Translations under genes and position numbers: made by a program | Shown: positions 8,636 through 20,329 of the stretch, in pieces | Position numbering within the stretch: the first letter of the stretch is position 1 | How the letters are laid out: each line of letters begins with the position of its first letter | The notes under the pieces: generated by a model | Database searches by the model: none | Seen by the model: the letters and a program-made list of their open reading frames with translations, nothing else | What the model was told of the DNA's origin: nothing | NCBI GenBank assembly: GCA_020184695.1 | Contig: JAANOX010000034.1 | Location: 1-64,000 of the forward strand | Length of the DNA stretch: 64,000 bases | Source: Histomonas meleagridis 2922-C6/04-290x | Taxonomy: Eukaryota > Protista > Parabasalia | Direction: 5' to 3'

Positions 8636-10783
8636 ATGCTATACTCATATCCAATATTCACCTTTGCACATACACTGGCGCTAACCCAATTTGCATATGA
8701 ATCCCAAAAATCAAAGTTAAAAAATAATACGTATACTTCAAGATTCAAATCAAATGATTTTAATCTTTACGTTTTACATGAAACAAAAAATTCTTCTTAC
8801 TTCCCCAAGATATTCATTACCATTTTTATTATTACTTATTCAATATTTTTTCGATGTGTTTATCATTTTCTCACCATATTTTATATTTAACAACAAATAA
8901 AAAAAATTCATTATCTTTTAATTCAGGACATTTGTTTATTGATATTTCAGAACAATTGAATATTCAATTTTCCTATAAATTAAAAATTTTTATAAAAGGT
9001 TTGTCTATTTTTTTAAAATCATTTCAAAGCTATTTGAATATTTTAATTATTTTTATATTTTTTATTGTTGTTTATATAATAAAATTAATTTATCAATATA
9101 TTGATAAACATAATAAAGAAAAATTTAAACAAAAATTTGTTCTTATATTATTGATTTTGTTTTTTACACAAACAATTGAAACGTATGATTCTACAATTAA
9201 AACTCTGACTATAACTAATTCAAATGAATATGAAGAAAGAGATACATATATGAATGAAGCAGAATATGTTATCATTGAAAGTGGCATTGAAGAAATCACA
9301 TCAAGATCTTTTCTTTCATGGAGCTCATTAGAATCAGTTGAAATTGGTAATTTAGTATAATTGTTGGATATTATTCATTTAGTTCATGTTCTAGTTTAGC
9401 AACAGTTATCATTGGAGAAAATGTAATCACAATTGAAAGTTATTCATTTCAATCATGTTCATCATTAACAAATGTTGAAATTCCAAAATCAGTTACATCA
9501 ATTGGATCAAATCCTTTTGAAAAATGTTCAAGCCTTCAGTTTATCAGAGTATCAGAAGAAAATGAATATTATTCGATTGATAACAATGGAATTCTATATA
9601 ACAAAGATCATTCAACAATTATATGCTATCCAATTGGAATTTCTAATAAAACATTTACAATACCATATTCTGTGATGACAATTGGAGATTATGCGTTTTC
9701 TTCAAGTAATAAATTAGAAACAGTTGTTCTTGGAGAAAATATGTTATTAATTGGAAATTTTGCATTTTCTCAATCATCATTAATAAATATTTCAATTCCA
9801 AATTCAGTTACATCAATTGCAAAATATGCATTTTATTATTGTTCTCAATTTGCTACAGTTATCATTGGAGAATATATAAAAACAATTTATGCTTTAGCAT
9901 TTTATGGTTGTACTAATTTAAAATGTATTTATTTTACAGGTTACGAATCACCAAATGACATAAATTCTAATGCATTTGGTAATGTATTAGCGCAATATGT
10001 TATGACATCAGATTTATATCAAGATACAAAATTTGGTTCGCTTTCAGTATCAAAAGGTACATGAGTTGAAGGATTTTCTCAATATGTCTGGCCAGACACA
10101 TACATTCACTAAATCAAATGCATTTACTAATTCTAATACATATACAAAATCAAATACATTTTCTAAATCAAATACACTTACTAAATCAAATACATTTACT
10201 CAATCAAATACATTAACTAAATCAAATTCATTTTCATTTACTAAATCGAATACATTTACAAAATCAAATACATTTTCTAATTCAAATACATTTACAGAAT
10301 CATTACAATTTGGTGTAACATATATTCAAACATTAATTTTAACACAAACAATTACACAAACAGTGATTTCCAAAAGTATTTTCACAAATACTATTACTCT
10401 TTCGATGTTTAAATCATCTTATTCTTATACTGAAACGAAATTTATATATTATGATTATATCATTCTTGTATATTCATCATATATTACATATTCTGGTTTT
10501 TATACAATTCTCAATAATAATACAGAAGCAGAAAATAAAACAGTAGAAGAAATTTTATTATTGTTATTGTAATTGTTTGTTTTATAATTCTTTTAATTAT
10601 TTCACTTCTTATTATCTTTTAACTGTCAATGTCAACAAAAGAGAAATAGTATTTGGGTTCTCAAGAAGATGAAAATGCAAATGCAAACAATCACAATATC
10701 ACCACAGAAAATGCCATGCTAATTTTTCTTCTATTGAAGAAGATCCATTTGCTAAAGATTTTGAAGAGAACAATTTAATATGA
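8636..10783 (+). pseudogene. BspA-like TpLRR surface protein copy A1, multiply frameshifted
   Basis: Pieces 8636-8890, 8854-9360, 9361-10064, 10033-10572 and the tail ending EEDPFAKDFEENNLI* (TGA 10781). Colinear with 18282-20206. TpLRR consensus IPxSVTxIGxxAFxxC. Confidence 0.88.
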
Positions 10784-10953
10784 AAATTTAATGTTTATAA
10801 TAAAAATTTCTCGTAAGTTAAACATAAATAAACTTTAAAAATCGCTTCTATTAAATCACAAAATCAATTGATTTTCTATAATAAGCAAATTGTATTACAC
10901 AAATAATATAATTTTATAACACTAACAAAACATTTATTATTTTAATATATAAT

Positions 10954-12372
10954 TTAAGTTTCTACATTAAAAGGAACATTTCTTGCGTTAAAATCTTCTT
11001 CTGTGATTATATTTAATTCGCCCACAATATCATTAACATCTTCATCATTTTTATCTTTTTGGTTTCCATTTTCAAGCATTGTTATTCCATTTCTTAATTC
11101 TATATCATATTCTAATGTATTCATAAATTCTTCAAATTCATTATCATCATCTTCTCTATGTGGGACTAATTCCTTAAGTTTCCAATACCTCTTTTTCTTC
11201 TTATGACTTAATGAAGTTTTAGCCACAATTACCACGCCGGAGTATTCAATTTTCTTTAATTCTTTCATTGTATCGTCAGTGAAAATCATCTCTCGCAAAT
11301 CATAACAAAGACAAACGTCTCCAACCGCCAATAACCGCCCCAAATGTGAGCGAACTAAAATTCTTTCTGAATATGTATCTTCATCCGTAATTTCAAACTC
11401 CGCGATGTCAGGCGTTTCAGTATCTTCTTTACCAAGAATTACAAAACGTTTCAATGATGTGTAATTCATTAATGGATTAAAAGGTTTTGTCCAATATGTC
11501 TTTGAATCAACTTTAATGATGTTTCCTTGGAAAGGATCAATAAGTGTGATCTTCTTGCCATACTTGTGACATAAAGTAAGCCTCGTTTTACCTGATTTGC
11601 GATTGATTAAATTTTTAGGAAGTAATACTAAGTCTTGGCGTGAAATGGTGGGAAATCGAACAGAATACGTGAATCTTACATCGAATGTGTTGCTTTGAAG
11701 ATCTTGGCCTGCAAGTTTTTTGGATGATTTAACATCAATTGGAAGAAATGATTTAAGGAAATTGACAAACCTTTCGGCTGATGGTTTGTCATTAAACTGG
11801 AAATCAAGGCCTTCAGGCTTTCTTTCAATGGCTGTTGCACTGTTTTGAGCATGATGTGAAATAATTTGTTGTTCAACCCAAAATATTGTTCGTTTTTGCG
11901 GGACGTGTTGACGTAACTGTACTATTGCTTTCCAATGTTCTCTTGGTGTTGAAAGTTCGCAACAATTTGGACATTGAACATTTGTTACAATAAATGTTAA
12001 TATTATAGATTGTCTTAAAACAGTCCCCTCAAATGTTTCTTTCTCTAGGGTTACATTTAGTTTGATTCTTTTTGAATGTGGTTCAGTCCATATAAAATTA
12101 GCATTAATAATTTTGATGTCTTTTGTCTTTGCTATTTTTTTAAGGCACATTTGCATGAGCTCCAATGACTCAAGATCGTACTTCATCCAAGCTGTAGGTG
12201 ATGCTTGATAACGCCCACAAGTTTTACAGTAATTTAATGTATATGTTTTTGGAATATCATTTCCAAATTCAACACGTGATGCTAAACAATCTGCGCACAT
12301 GTTGCTTGGATTTGGCGTGATTAATACTCCACAAATGCAACATGGGATTTGGACAGAAGTTGATTTAAACAT
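10954..12372 (-). CDS. NMD3: 60S ribosomal export adaptor NMD3
   Basis: CCICG..I.PNPSNMCADCL, CKTCGRY, WTEPHSKRIKL, QCPNC, W.AIVQLRQHVPQKRT. Likely ATG at 12372 (MFKSTSV). Confidence 0.96.
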   Translation of the reverse strand: MFKSTSVQIPCCICGVLITPNPSNMCADCLASRVEFGNDIPKTYTLNYCKTCGRYQASPTAWMKYDLESLELMQMCLKKIAKTKDIKIINANFIWTEPHSKRIKLNVTLEKETFEGTVLRQSIILTFIVTNVQCPNCCELSTPREHWKAIVQLRQHVPQKRTIFWVEQQIISHHAQNSATAIERKPEGLDFQFNDKPSAERFVNFLKSFLPIDVKSSKKLAGQDLQSNTFDVRFTYSVRFPTISRQDLVLLPKNLINRKSGKTRLTLCHKYGKKITLIDPFQGNIIKVDSKTYWTKPFNPLMNYTSLKRFVILGKEDTETPDIAEFEITDEDTYSERILVRSHLGRLLAVGDVCLCYDLREMIFTDDTMKELKKIEYSGVVIVAKTSLSHKKKKRYWKLKELVPHREDDDNEFEEFMNTLEYDIELRNGITMLENGNQKDKNDEDVNDIVGELNIITEEDFNARNVPFNVET

Positions 12373-12517
12373 TTTAATTAGCCAATTTTCCACACCGATC
12401 AAAACCGATTTAAACGTCCACTTAACTTTCTTACGATCAAAATTTGAGACAGTTTCAATTGACGGTAAAAAAATGAAATAAATCATTCAGTCAGTTAAAC
12501 CCCGCAAATAAATAAAA

Positions 12518-13699
12518 ATGGAATGTTTTTCAGTAGATGAAAATATAGTAATGATGCACTTCCAAAAAATCATGCATTCTATTCGCAAGGACAGTAATAG
12601 AGAATACCATCTTCTTTTACCACCTCCTTTTATTCCAAATTTATCAACAAATCCCTTGGATTACTTATTTTTCATACAAACATTTGAACCAAACATACTT
12701 GTACAATATAAAGATAATAAAAAGACAATTACAATGAAACCTGATAACTTGCTTATTTCAAGAGATGGATATGAAACACCTTTTCGTGTTAAAATTTTAA
12801 ACACAACACATTGCACAAGTGCAAATGGTCTATCATTTGCAATCGATGAACTTGAAAACAATCTCGGCAATCCAGTTTCATTTCCATTTTGTCAAAGGAT
12901 CACTCAAATATATAAAGATCCAGATGAATCCAAGAAATTCCTTAACACAGAGCTTCCAAAGAATCCCAAGTTAGCCAAACTTCTTGAAGGTATTAATAAT
13001 GCCATATTTATTGAAAATGTAGCTGAGACTAACTACCAAGATTTTGTCCAAAGAATGCTTGTTTCCATTGGACAATTATCACAAGTTGTCTTTGAGATTC
13101 CAATCACCAAGAAATTACCCACATGTGTCAAGACAATGTTAAATTATATGATATTTAATGCAATAACATCGAAATGTCACTACAAAATTCTTCTTGCATA
13201 CAACAAAGCTATGAGTAATGAGAACCACGCTGCACAAAGGAACATGAGGTACTATGCAATAAACCAAAAAACAGACCAATTAGAAGTTGCTGTAAATTTG
13301 CTAAAAAATGTTCTTCATTTACCATCACCAAGTGATTGTATACAAGCTTTAGTGAGGTTCTATAACGCTGTAGTTGATTCTTTGGCTGATAAAGAAGTTG
13401 GTGCTGATGATATATTGCCTGCGATTTGTTGTGCAATGGCCCAAGATATTTCATTTGGCTCACATTGTGTTTCCTTCTTGAATTATTTGGCTGACATATG
13501 GCCGAAATCTGGTCTATATGATGAGATAACATATGTTTTGATTACATGTTCAAGCGCTGCAACGCATTTGGCATATTACAAACCGCCGGAGCACCCCGCG
13601 CCTGCACCACCCCAACCGTCAGCAACCGCTCCACCGAAGAAGGATGATGCAACAAGTAAAACAATAGAAATGCTTGAAGACTTATTAAATTCTATTTAA
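12518..13699 (+). CDS. VPS9-domain protein (Rab5-family GEF)
   Basis: VGADDILPAICCAM matches the VPS9 GADDxLP catalytic motif, followed by helix YVLITCSSAATHL. Confidence 0.75.
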   Translation: MECFSVDENIVMMHFQKIMHSIRKDSNREYHLLLPPPFIPNLSTNPLDYLFFIQTFEPNILVQYKDNKKTITMKPDNLLISRDGYETPFRVKILNTTHCTSANGLSFAIDELENNLGNPVSFPFCQRITQIYKDPDESKKFLNTELPKNPKLAKLLEGINNAIFIENVAETNYQDFVQRMLVSIGQLSQVVFEIPITKKLPTCVKTMLNYMIFNAITSKCHYKILLAYNKAMSNENHAAQRNMRYYAINQKTDQLEVAVNLLKNVLHLPSPSDCIQALVRFYNAVVDSLADKEVGADDILPAICCAMAQDISFGSHCVSFLNYLADIWPKSGLYDEITYVLITCSSAATHLAYYKPPEHPAPAPPQPSATAPPKKDDATSKTIEMLEDLLNSI

Positions 13700-13775
13700 A
13701 TAAAATGAAAAGTCTCTTTGATTTGTCCTTATAGATTTATTTATTATACATATATTAAATTAATTAATATACACT

Positions 13776-14366
13776 TTAACAACAGCCTTGTTGTGGTTCT
13801 GGTTCTTGTGTTGCCCCTTCTTCAATTTCTTCGATTAAACCTGGGATTTCGGGTTCAAATGGAATACCTTGAATATCTGCCGCTTGTTTAAACATTTCTT
13901 TGATCCCATTTCCATCTTTTGCCGAACATTCAGAATAAAATGATGCTCCAATAGTATTTGCATAATTTTGTGCAACTGAGCTTGAGATTTTTCTTACATC
14001 TTGAAGATCATTTTTACTTCCAACTAATACATATTTAATATCTTTTGGAGCATTTTCCTCAAGGAGTTTGTAAAAACTTTCTATAGCAGAAAATGAGTCT
14101 TCATTTGTTAAATCGAAAACAATAAAAGCTAATCCAGTATCATTAAAAAACATCGGAATTAAACTTCTGTAACGCTCTTGTCCTGCAGTATCCCAAATTT
14201 TCATTGAAACAACTTCTCCGTTTTTATTTTGAACTTGATAAAAAGCATTCGATGAACCTACTGTAGCTTGGCTATTATTATCGAAAACATCTTCTGTAAG
14301 CCTTTTTATTATAGATGTCTTACCAACACCAGCATTGCCAACTAAGATAACTTTTACAGTTGGCAT
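13776..14366 (-). CDS. Rab GTPase (divergent, Rab5/21-like or lineage-specific)
   Basis: GNAGVGKTS, WDTAGQERYRSLIPMF, GSKND (atypical G4), CSAK, C-terminal CC. Confidence 0.92.
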   Translation of the reverse strand: MPTVKVILVGNAGVGKTSIIKRLTEDVFDNNSQATVGSSNAFYQVQNKNGEVVSMKIWDTAGQERYRSLIPMFFNDTGLAFIVFDLTNEDSFSAIESFYKLLEENAPKDIKYVLVGSKNDLQDVRKISSSVAQNYANTIGASFYSECSAKDGNGIKEMFKQAADIQGIPFEPEIPGLIEEIEEGATQEPEPQQGCC

Positions 14367-15008
14367 ATGGTTATCTGTTTATTCAATTAAATTATTTGAA
14401 AAAAGGAAATTTTGAGCTTTTCAAATTTGAAGTGGCAAAAAAAATTTAACCAACAACGATGGAGCTGTTTTATCGGCGAAATGCATTCGCAAAAGGAAAC
14501 AGATAATCGTAGAGTTTTCTATGTTTAATGTTTCAAAGACATCGAATAAATTCAGTGAAGAAACAAATAAGACCTTTTCGTTTTTTCTCTTTTACAATTC
14601 AATGTTGATCTGTATTTAAAAAAAATCAAATTAGAATGAAGATTTATGTTTCCAAAAGGGTTCTGTTCTTTGCCCTATAATAAAATAATTGGAAAAAAAT
14701 AATTTGGAGATACAAATTTATTTTTATCTTAACTGTAAACACAATACATTGATTACCTGGACATTAAAAAACAAGTTATTGTCAAAAAACTTGTTTAAAA
14801 TTCTTTATAGAAAAAATTACTTTCAAGTTTTATTCAGATGGTTTTGGAGAAACAAAGACAAAAGTGAAATGTTTATTGTGACTTTTTGTGGTCATTACGA
14901 AAGTTCTCCTTGATTTTGTAAACTATTTAATAAACATTGCGAAAATCTAATTCTCTCAAAAATTCAAAGCAAAGAACCGTTTTGGCTGAAAGTGTGGCCA
15001 CTCGCTGA

Positions 15009-17825
15009 ATGAACAAAAAGGCAACACGTACAATTCGTCCATACATTACTGAGAATGGAGTTTCTAACGACGAAGTTCAAAATGTAACTCTTGACGTTCT
15101 TTCAAAAAATGTGAAAAATACAAAAGGTGATGAACATGATCATGCAAAGCATTCTTTATTATGGAAACTTATGGAAGAATATATTCCTGCTGAAAAGAGT
15201 TCTGTCCAAACATCTTTTGTTAATCACATTGAATATACAATTGCACGTTCTCGATTCAATTTCGACCGTTTCTCTGCCTATTTAGCTGCTTCATACTCTG
15301 TTAGAGATAGACTTATTGAACTTTTCAACGATACAATGGAATATTTCATTGTTTCCAAAGCCAAAATTGTTTACTATGTATCAATTGAATTTTTAATGGG
15401 ACGTTTCCTTCGTAATGCATTACTCAATCTTGAAATGGAAGATCTTTACCGTGATTCTCTTCAAGAATTAGATGTTAACATTGATCAATTATATTCTGAA
15501 GAATATGATCCAGGTTTAGGTAATGGAGGACTTGGTCGTCTTGCTGCATGTTTCATGGACTCATTAGCCACACTTAATCTTCCTGCTTGGGGCTATGGTC
15601 TTATGTATTCATTTGGTATGTTCCGTCAAACGATTGGTGATGATGGCAGTCAAATCGAAATCCCAGACTATTGGCTTAACTATGGTGATCCGTGGCGAGT
15701 CCAAAAACCTACTGTCACACATCTTGTTGGATTTTATGGTAAAGTTGAAAACGGTACATGGAAGCCCGGATTATCCATCATTGCCGTTGCCAACGATTTC
15801 CTCATTCCAGGTTACAAGACTGATAACACGTTAGCATTAAGATTATGGTCATCAAAACCAACCTCAGAACTTGATGAAGAGAAGTTCCGTGGCGGTGACT
15901 ATTATGATGCAGTTTCCCAAAAGCAATGGTGTGAGAATCTTACATCAGTATTATATCCAAATGATAATACTGCCGAAGGTAAAGAAATGCGTCTCATGCA
16001 AGAATACCTTATGTCCTCAGCTACATTACAAGATATAGTTCGAAGGCTTAAGACCCAACAAAATTCCAAGATCCAAGATTTGCCCAAACTTGCAGCCATT
16101 CAACTTAACGATACACATCCAGCTGTCATGGTTGCAGAGTTATTGCGTATTTTGATTGATGAAGAAGGTTTAAGTTTCAATGAAGCATATGAAATCACTA
16201 CACAAGTATTCTCATACACATGCCACACATTAATGCCAGAAGCATTAGAGAAGTGGAGCATTCCATTATTTGAGAAAGTATTACCACGTCATATGCAAAT
16301 CATTTATCAACTTAATCAAGTCTTTTTAGACTCTGTTCGTTCGAACTATAATTCACCTGATGAAATCTTATCTGCGTTATCCATCATTGAAGAAAGTAAT
16401 CCTAAACAAGTACGAATGGCCAATTTAGCAGTGATTGGATCACATACTGTTAATGGTGTTGCACAAATCCATTCGGACTTAATGAAGAAATATGTGTTTA
16501 AAGAATTTGCACAATTATATCCAAACAAATTCCAAAACAAAACTAATGGCGTAACAATCCGTCGTTGGTTACATCATTGTAATCCAGGATTAACATCATT
16601 AATTAACGAAGCATTAGGAAGTGATACATGGGCACAACGCGCAGAAGATTTAACGGGAATTCTTTCACATATTAATGACAATGATTTCTTCATGAAATGG
16701 TTCTCTGTTAAACAAGCAAACAAACAAGCGTTAGCTTCATATATCAATGAACAACTTGGCATCCAATTAAATCCATCAACACAATTATTTGATATCCAAG
16801 TTAAGCGAATTCATGAATATAAGCGTCAAACATTAAATATCTTAAATGTAATTCATCGTTACTTAACAATCCTTGAAGCAACAGATGAAGAAAAGGCAAA
16901 TATGACACCACGCGCAATAATCTTTGGAGGTAAAGCAGCGCCAGGTTATTATGTTGCTAAGAAGTTAATTAAACTTATAAATAATGTATCGAAAGTCGTT
17001 AATAATGATGAAAATGTTGGCGACTTATTAAAAGTAATCTTTATACCAAATTATAATGTATCTATCGCAGAAATGATTATCCCTGCAGCAGATATAAATG
17101 AACAAATATCTACAGCAGGTACAGAAGCATCAGGTACATCTAACATGAAATTTGCATTTAATTCAAGTTTAATCATTGGTACATATGATGGCGCTAACAT
17201 AGAAATAGGTAATGCTATAGGTAATGAAAATGTATTTTTCTTTGGAGCTAAGGCAGATGAAGTTGATAAATTACGTGAAACTTCATTTAAGCGTACTATT
17301 AATCCTAAGCTTCGACGTGTGTTTAATACAATACGTAATGGATTATTTGGTAATGCCGAAGATTATGAATGCATTTTATATCCAATTGAACATGGTGATC
17401 ATTATTTAGTGAATTATGACTTCGAATCATATATCCAATGCCAAAAGAGAATCGACGAAGCTTATAAAGATCAAAAGAAATGGATGACAATGTGCATTAA
17501 ATCTACTGCTAACATGGGAAGGTTTAGTTCGGATAGAACTATAACAGAATACGCAGAACAAATTTGGCATATCGAGCCGCATTGTTTGCCTCCGATTATT
17601 GTTCCGAACCCGCCAGCTGCTCAACAATTCGGACAACAGGGATCAGTGGGATCATTAAGAAGACATCATCCAATGTCATTCGATGACAACGGAGCACATG
17701 TCGGAAGCATAACAAAGGGATCATTCGGATCTTTAAGAAGTAGAAATCAACCAGTGCATATCGTCGCACAACCTCAAATTGTCCCATCAGATTCAAGTGA
17801 TGATGGAGAGAAAATAGAACTTTAA
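15009..17825 (+). CDS. glgP: Glycogen/starch phosphorylase (GT35)
   Basis: GLGNGGLGRLAACFMDS, QLNDTHP, NKTNGVTIRRWL, QVKRIHEYKRQ, EASGTSNMKF (PLP lysine), FSSDRTI. Confidence 0.97.
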   Translation: MNKKATRTIRPYITENGVSNDEVQNVTLDVLSKNVKNTKGDEHDHAKHSLLWKLMEEYIPAEKSSVQTSFVNHIEYTIARSRFNFDRFSAYLAASYSVRDRLIELFNDTMEYFIVSKAKIVYYVSIEFLMGRFLRNALLNLEMEDLYRDSLQELDVNIDQLYSEEYDPGLGNGGLGRLAACFMDSLATLNLPAWGYGLMYSFGMFRQTIGDDGSQIEIPDYWLNYGDPWRVQKPTVTHLVGFYGKVENGTWKPGLSIIAVANDFLIPGYKTDNTLALRLWSSKPTSELDEEKFRGGDYYDAVSQKQWCENLTSVLYPNDNTAEGKEMRLMQEYLMSSATLQDIVRRLKTQQNSKIQDLPKLAAIQLNDTHPAVMVAELLRILIDEEGLSFNEAYEITTQVFSYTCHTLMPEALEKWSIPLFEKVLPRHMQIIYQLNQVFLDSVRSNYNSPDEILSALSIIEESNPKQVRMANLAVIGSHTVNGVAQIHSDLMKKYVFKEFAQLYPNKFQNKTNGVTIRRWLHHCNPGLTSLINEALGSDTWAQRAEDLTGILSHINDNDFFMKWFSVKQANKQALASYINEQLGIQLNPSTQLFDIQVKRIHEYKRQTLNILNVIHRYLTILEATDEEKANMTPRAIIFGGKAAPGYYVAKKLIKLINNVSKVVNNDENVGDLLKVIFIPNYNVSIAEMIIPAADINEQISTAGTEASGTSNMKFAFNSSLIIGTYDGANIEIGNAIGNENVFFFGAKADEVDKLRETSFKRTINPKLRRVFNTIRNGLFGNAEDYECILYPIEHGDHYLVNYDFESYIQCQKRIDEAYKDQKKWMTMCIKSTANMGRFSSDRTITEYAEQIWHIEPHCLPPIIVPNPPAAQQFGQQGSVGSLRRHHPMSFDDNGAHVGSITKGSFGSLRSRNQPVHIVAQPQIVPSDSSDDGEKIEL

Positions 17826-18281
17826 TAAAGGAACTAAATCCTTAACTTTTCTTATTAGAGTGAGTGGGAGCACAGCATTTAAATTTCGATGTTTAATTTT
17901 AATTTAAATTATTCACTCAAAAATAAGAAAGAATTGTGTCACAGATAAAAAATGATTTTTTAGATATATTTCACTTTACTTAGATGAAAGGTGATGTATC
18001 TATGCGATATATCTTAATTTAGAAAATATTTTTTTTGACAATTTGATCTTCAATCATTTTGCGAATTTTCGTAACATGTGGATGATTGTAATGTAGTCAA
18101 AATGTTAAGCAATTGAATAGTTAATATTTTGTAAAATAGTCAAAATAATGTCATTGTGGATAGCTCGATGATAGCATGTTTTCACCTAATCGATTTAATA
18201 AATGTAACTATAAACATTGATATATTTGTAATACTTAAGAATCGATAACAAAAAATTTAACTACTCTCAGATTCAAAATGA

Positions 18282-20206
18282 ATGAATAATTTTTTATTAA
18301 GATATTTTCATTTTATAAATCACTTTTTGAATGAAAATAAAATAGCAGTTTTGCCGGATCACACAAAAAGTGAATTCGGGAAGTTACAATTGTCAATTTA
18401 TCGAAATATTTATAAACATAACAAAGAAAAATTTAAACAAAAATTTTTTCTTATTTTATTTCTTCTATTTTTTACACGAACAATTGAAACATATAATTCA
18501 ACAACTAAAACTCTTATTATAACTAATTCAAGTGAATACGAAGAAAGAAATATATATGTAAATGAAGCCGAGCATGTTATCATTGAGAGTGGTGTTGAAG
18601 AAATAACATCAAATGCTTTTGGCTACTGGAATTCATTAAAATCAGTTGAAATTGGTGATTCTGTTAAAACAACTGGAGATTATGCATTTTATTACTGTTC
18701 TGATTTAGAAACAGTTATCATTGGCGAAAATGTAATCACAATTGGAAGTAATACATTTTATTCTTGTTCGTCATTAATAAATATTACAATTCCAAAATCA
18801 GTTGCATCAATTGTATCAAATCCTTTTGAAAAATGTTCAACTCTCCAATTTATTAAAGTATCAGAAGGAAATGAATATTATTCGAATGATAACAATGGAA
18901 TTCTCTATAACAAAAATTATTCAACAATTATATGTTATCCAATTGGAATTTCTAATGAAACATTTACAATTCCAAATTCTGTTATAATAATTGGAGAATC
19001 AGCATTTTTCCAATGTTCTAACTTAAAAACAGTTATCATTGGAGAAAATTTAACAACAATTGAAAGTTCTGCATTTTTATATTGTTCATCATTAAAAAAT
19101 ATTACAATTCCAAATTCAGTTACAACATTTGGAGATTCTGCATTTTATTCTTGTTATAATTTAGTAACAGTCATCATCGGAGAAAATGTAACAAAAATTG
19201 GAGATTCTACATTTCGATTATGTTCATCATTAAAAAACATTTTAATTCCAAATTCAGTTACAACACTTGGGTATTTTGTGTTTTATTCTTGTTTGAATTT
19301 AGAAATAGCCATCAATGGAGAAAATGTAACGAGAATTGGAAGTCAATCATTTTCTTATTGCTCTGAATTAAAAACAGTTATCATTGGAAAAAATGTAAAA
19401 ATAATTGAGAATAATGTATTTTCTAATTGTGATAATTTAAAATGTATTTATTTCACAGGTTATAAATCACCAACAGAAATAGATTCTGATGCATTTATTG
19501 GTATAAAAGCTTATGTTATGACATCGGATTTATATCAAGATACAAAATTTGGTTCACTTAATGTATCAAAAGGTTCATCAGTTGAAGGATGTTCTCAATA
19601 TGTCTGGCCAACGCATACATTTACGAATACATTTACACAATCAAATTCATTTTCATTTACTAAATCGAATACATTTACAAAATCAAATACATTTTCTAAT
19701 TCAAATACATTTACAGAATCATTACAATTTGGTGTAACATATATTCAAACATTAATTTTAACACAAACAATTACACAAACAGTCATTTCCAAAAGTATTT
19801 TCACAAATACTATTACTCTTTCGATGTTTAAATCATCTTATTCTTATACTGAAACGAATTTATATATTATGATTATATCATTCTTGTATATTCATCATAT
19901 ATTACATATTATTCTGGTTTTTATACAATTCTCAATAATAATAAAGAAGAAGAAAATAAAGAAACAGAAGAAATTCTTATTATTGTTATTGTAATTGTTT
20001 GTTTTATAATTCTTTTAATTATTTCACTTCTTATTATCTTTTTAATTCGTCATCGTCAACAAAAGAGAAATAGTATTTTAAGTTCTCAAGAAGATGAAAA
20101 TGCAAATGCAAACAATCACAATATCACCACAGAAAATGTTATTAATTTTTCTTCTATTGAAGAAGATCCATTTGCTAAAGATTTTGAAGAGAACAATTTA
20201 ATATGA
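18282..20206 (+). CDS. BspA-like TpLRR surface protein copy A2 with one frameshift near 19857
   Basis: About 10 TpLRR repeats and an SNTFT stalk. gaaacgAAttt here versus gaaacgAAAttt in A1; restoring one A gives a TM helix and the tail EEDPFAKDFEENNLI* (TGA 20204). Confidence 0.88.
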
Positions 20207-20329
20207 AAATTTAATGTCTATAATAAAAATTTCTCGTAAGTTAAACATAAATAAACTTTAAAAATCGCTTCTATTAAATCACAAATTCCAACGAGTATTA
20301 TTATATATCAAAAGTAAATGGTTTCTTTT

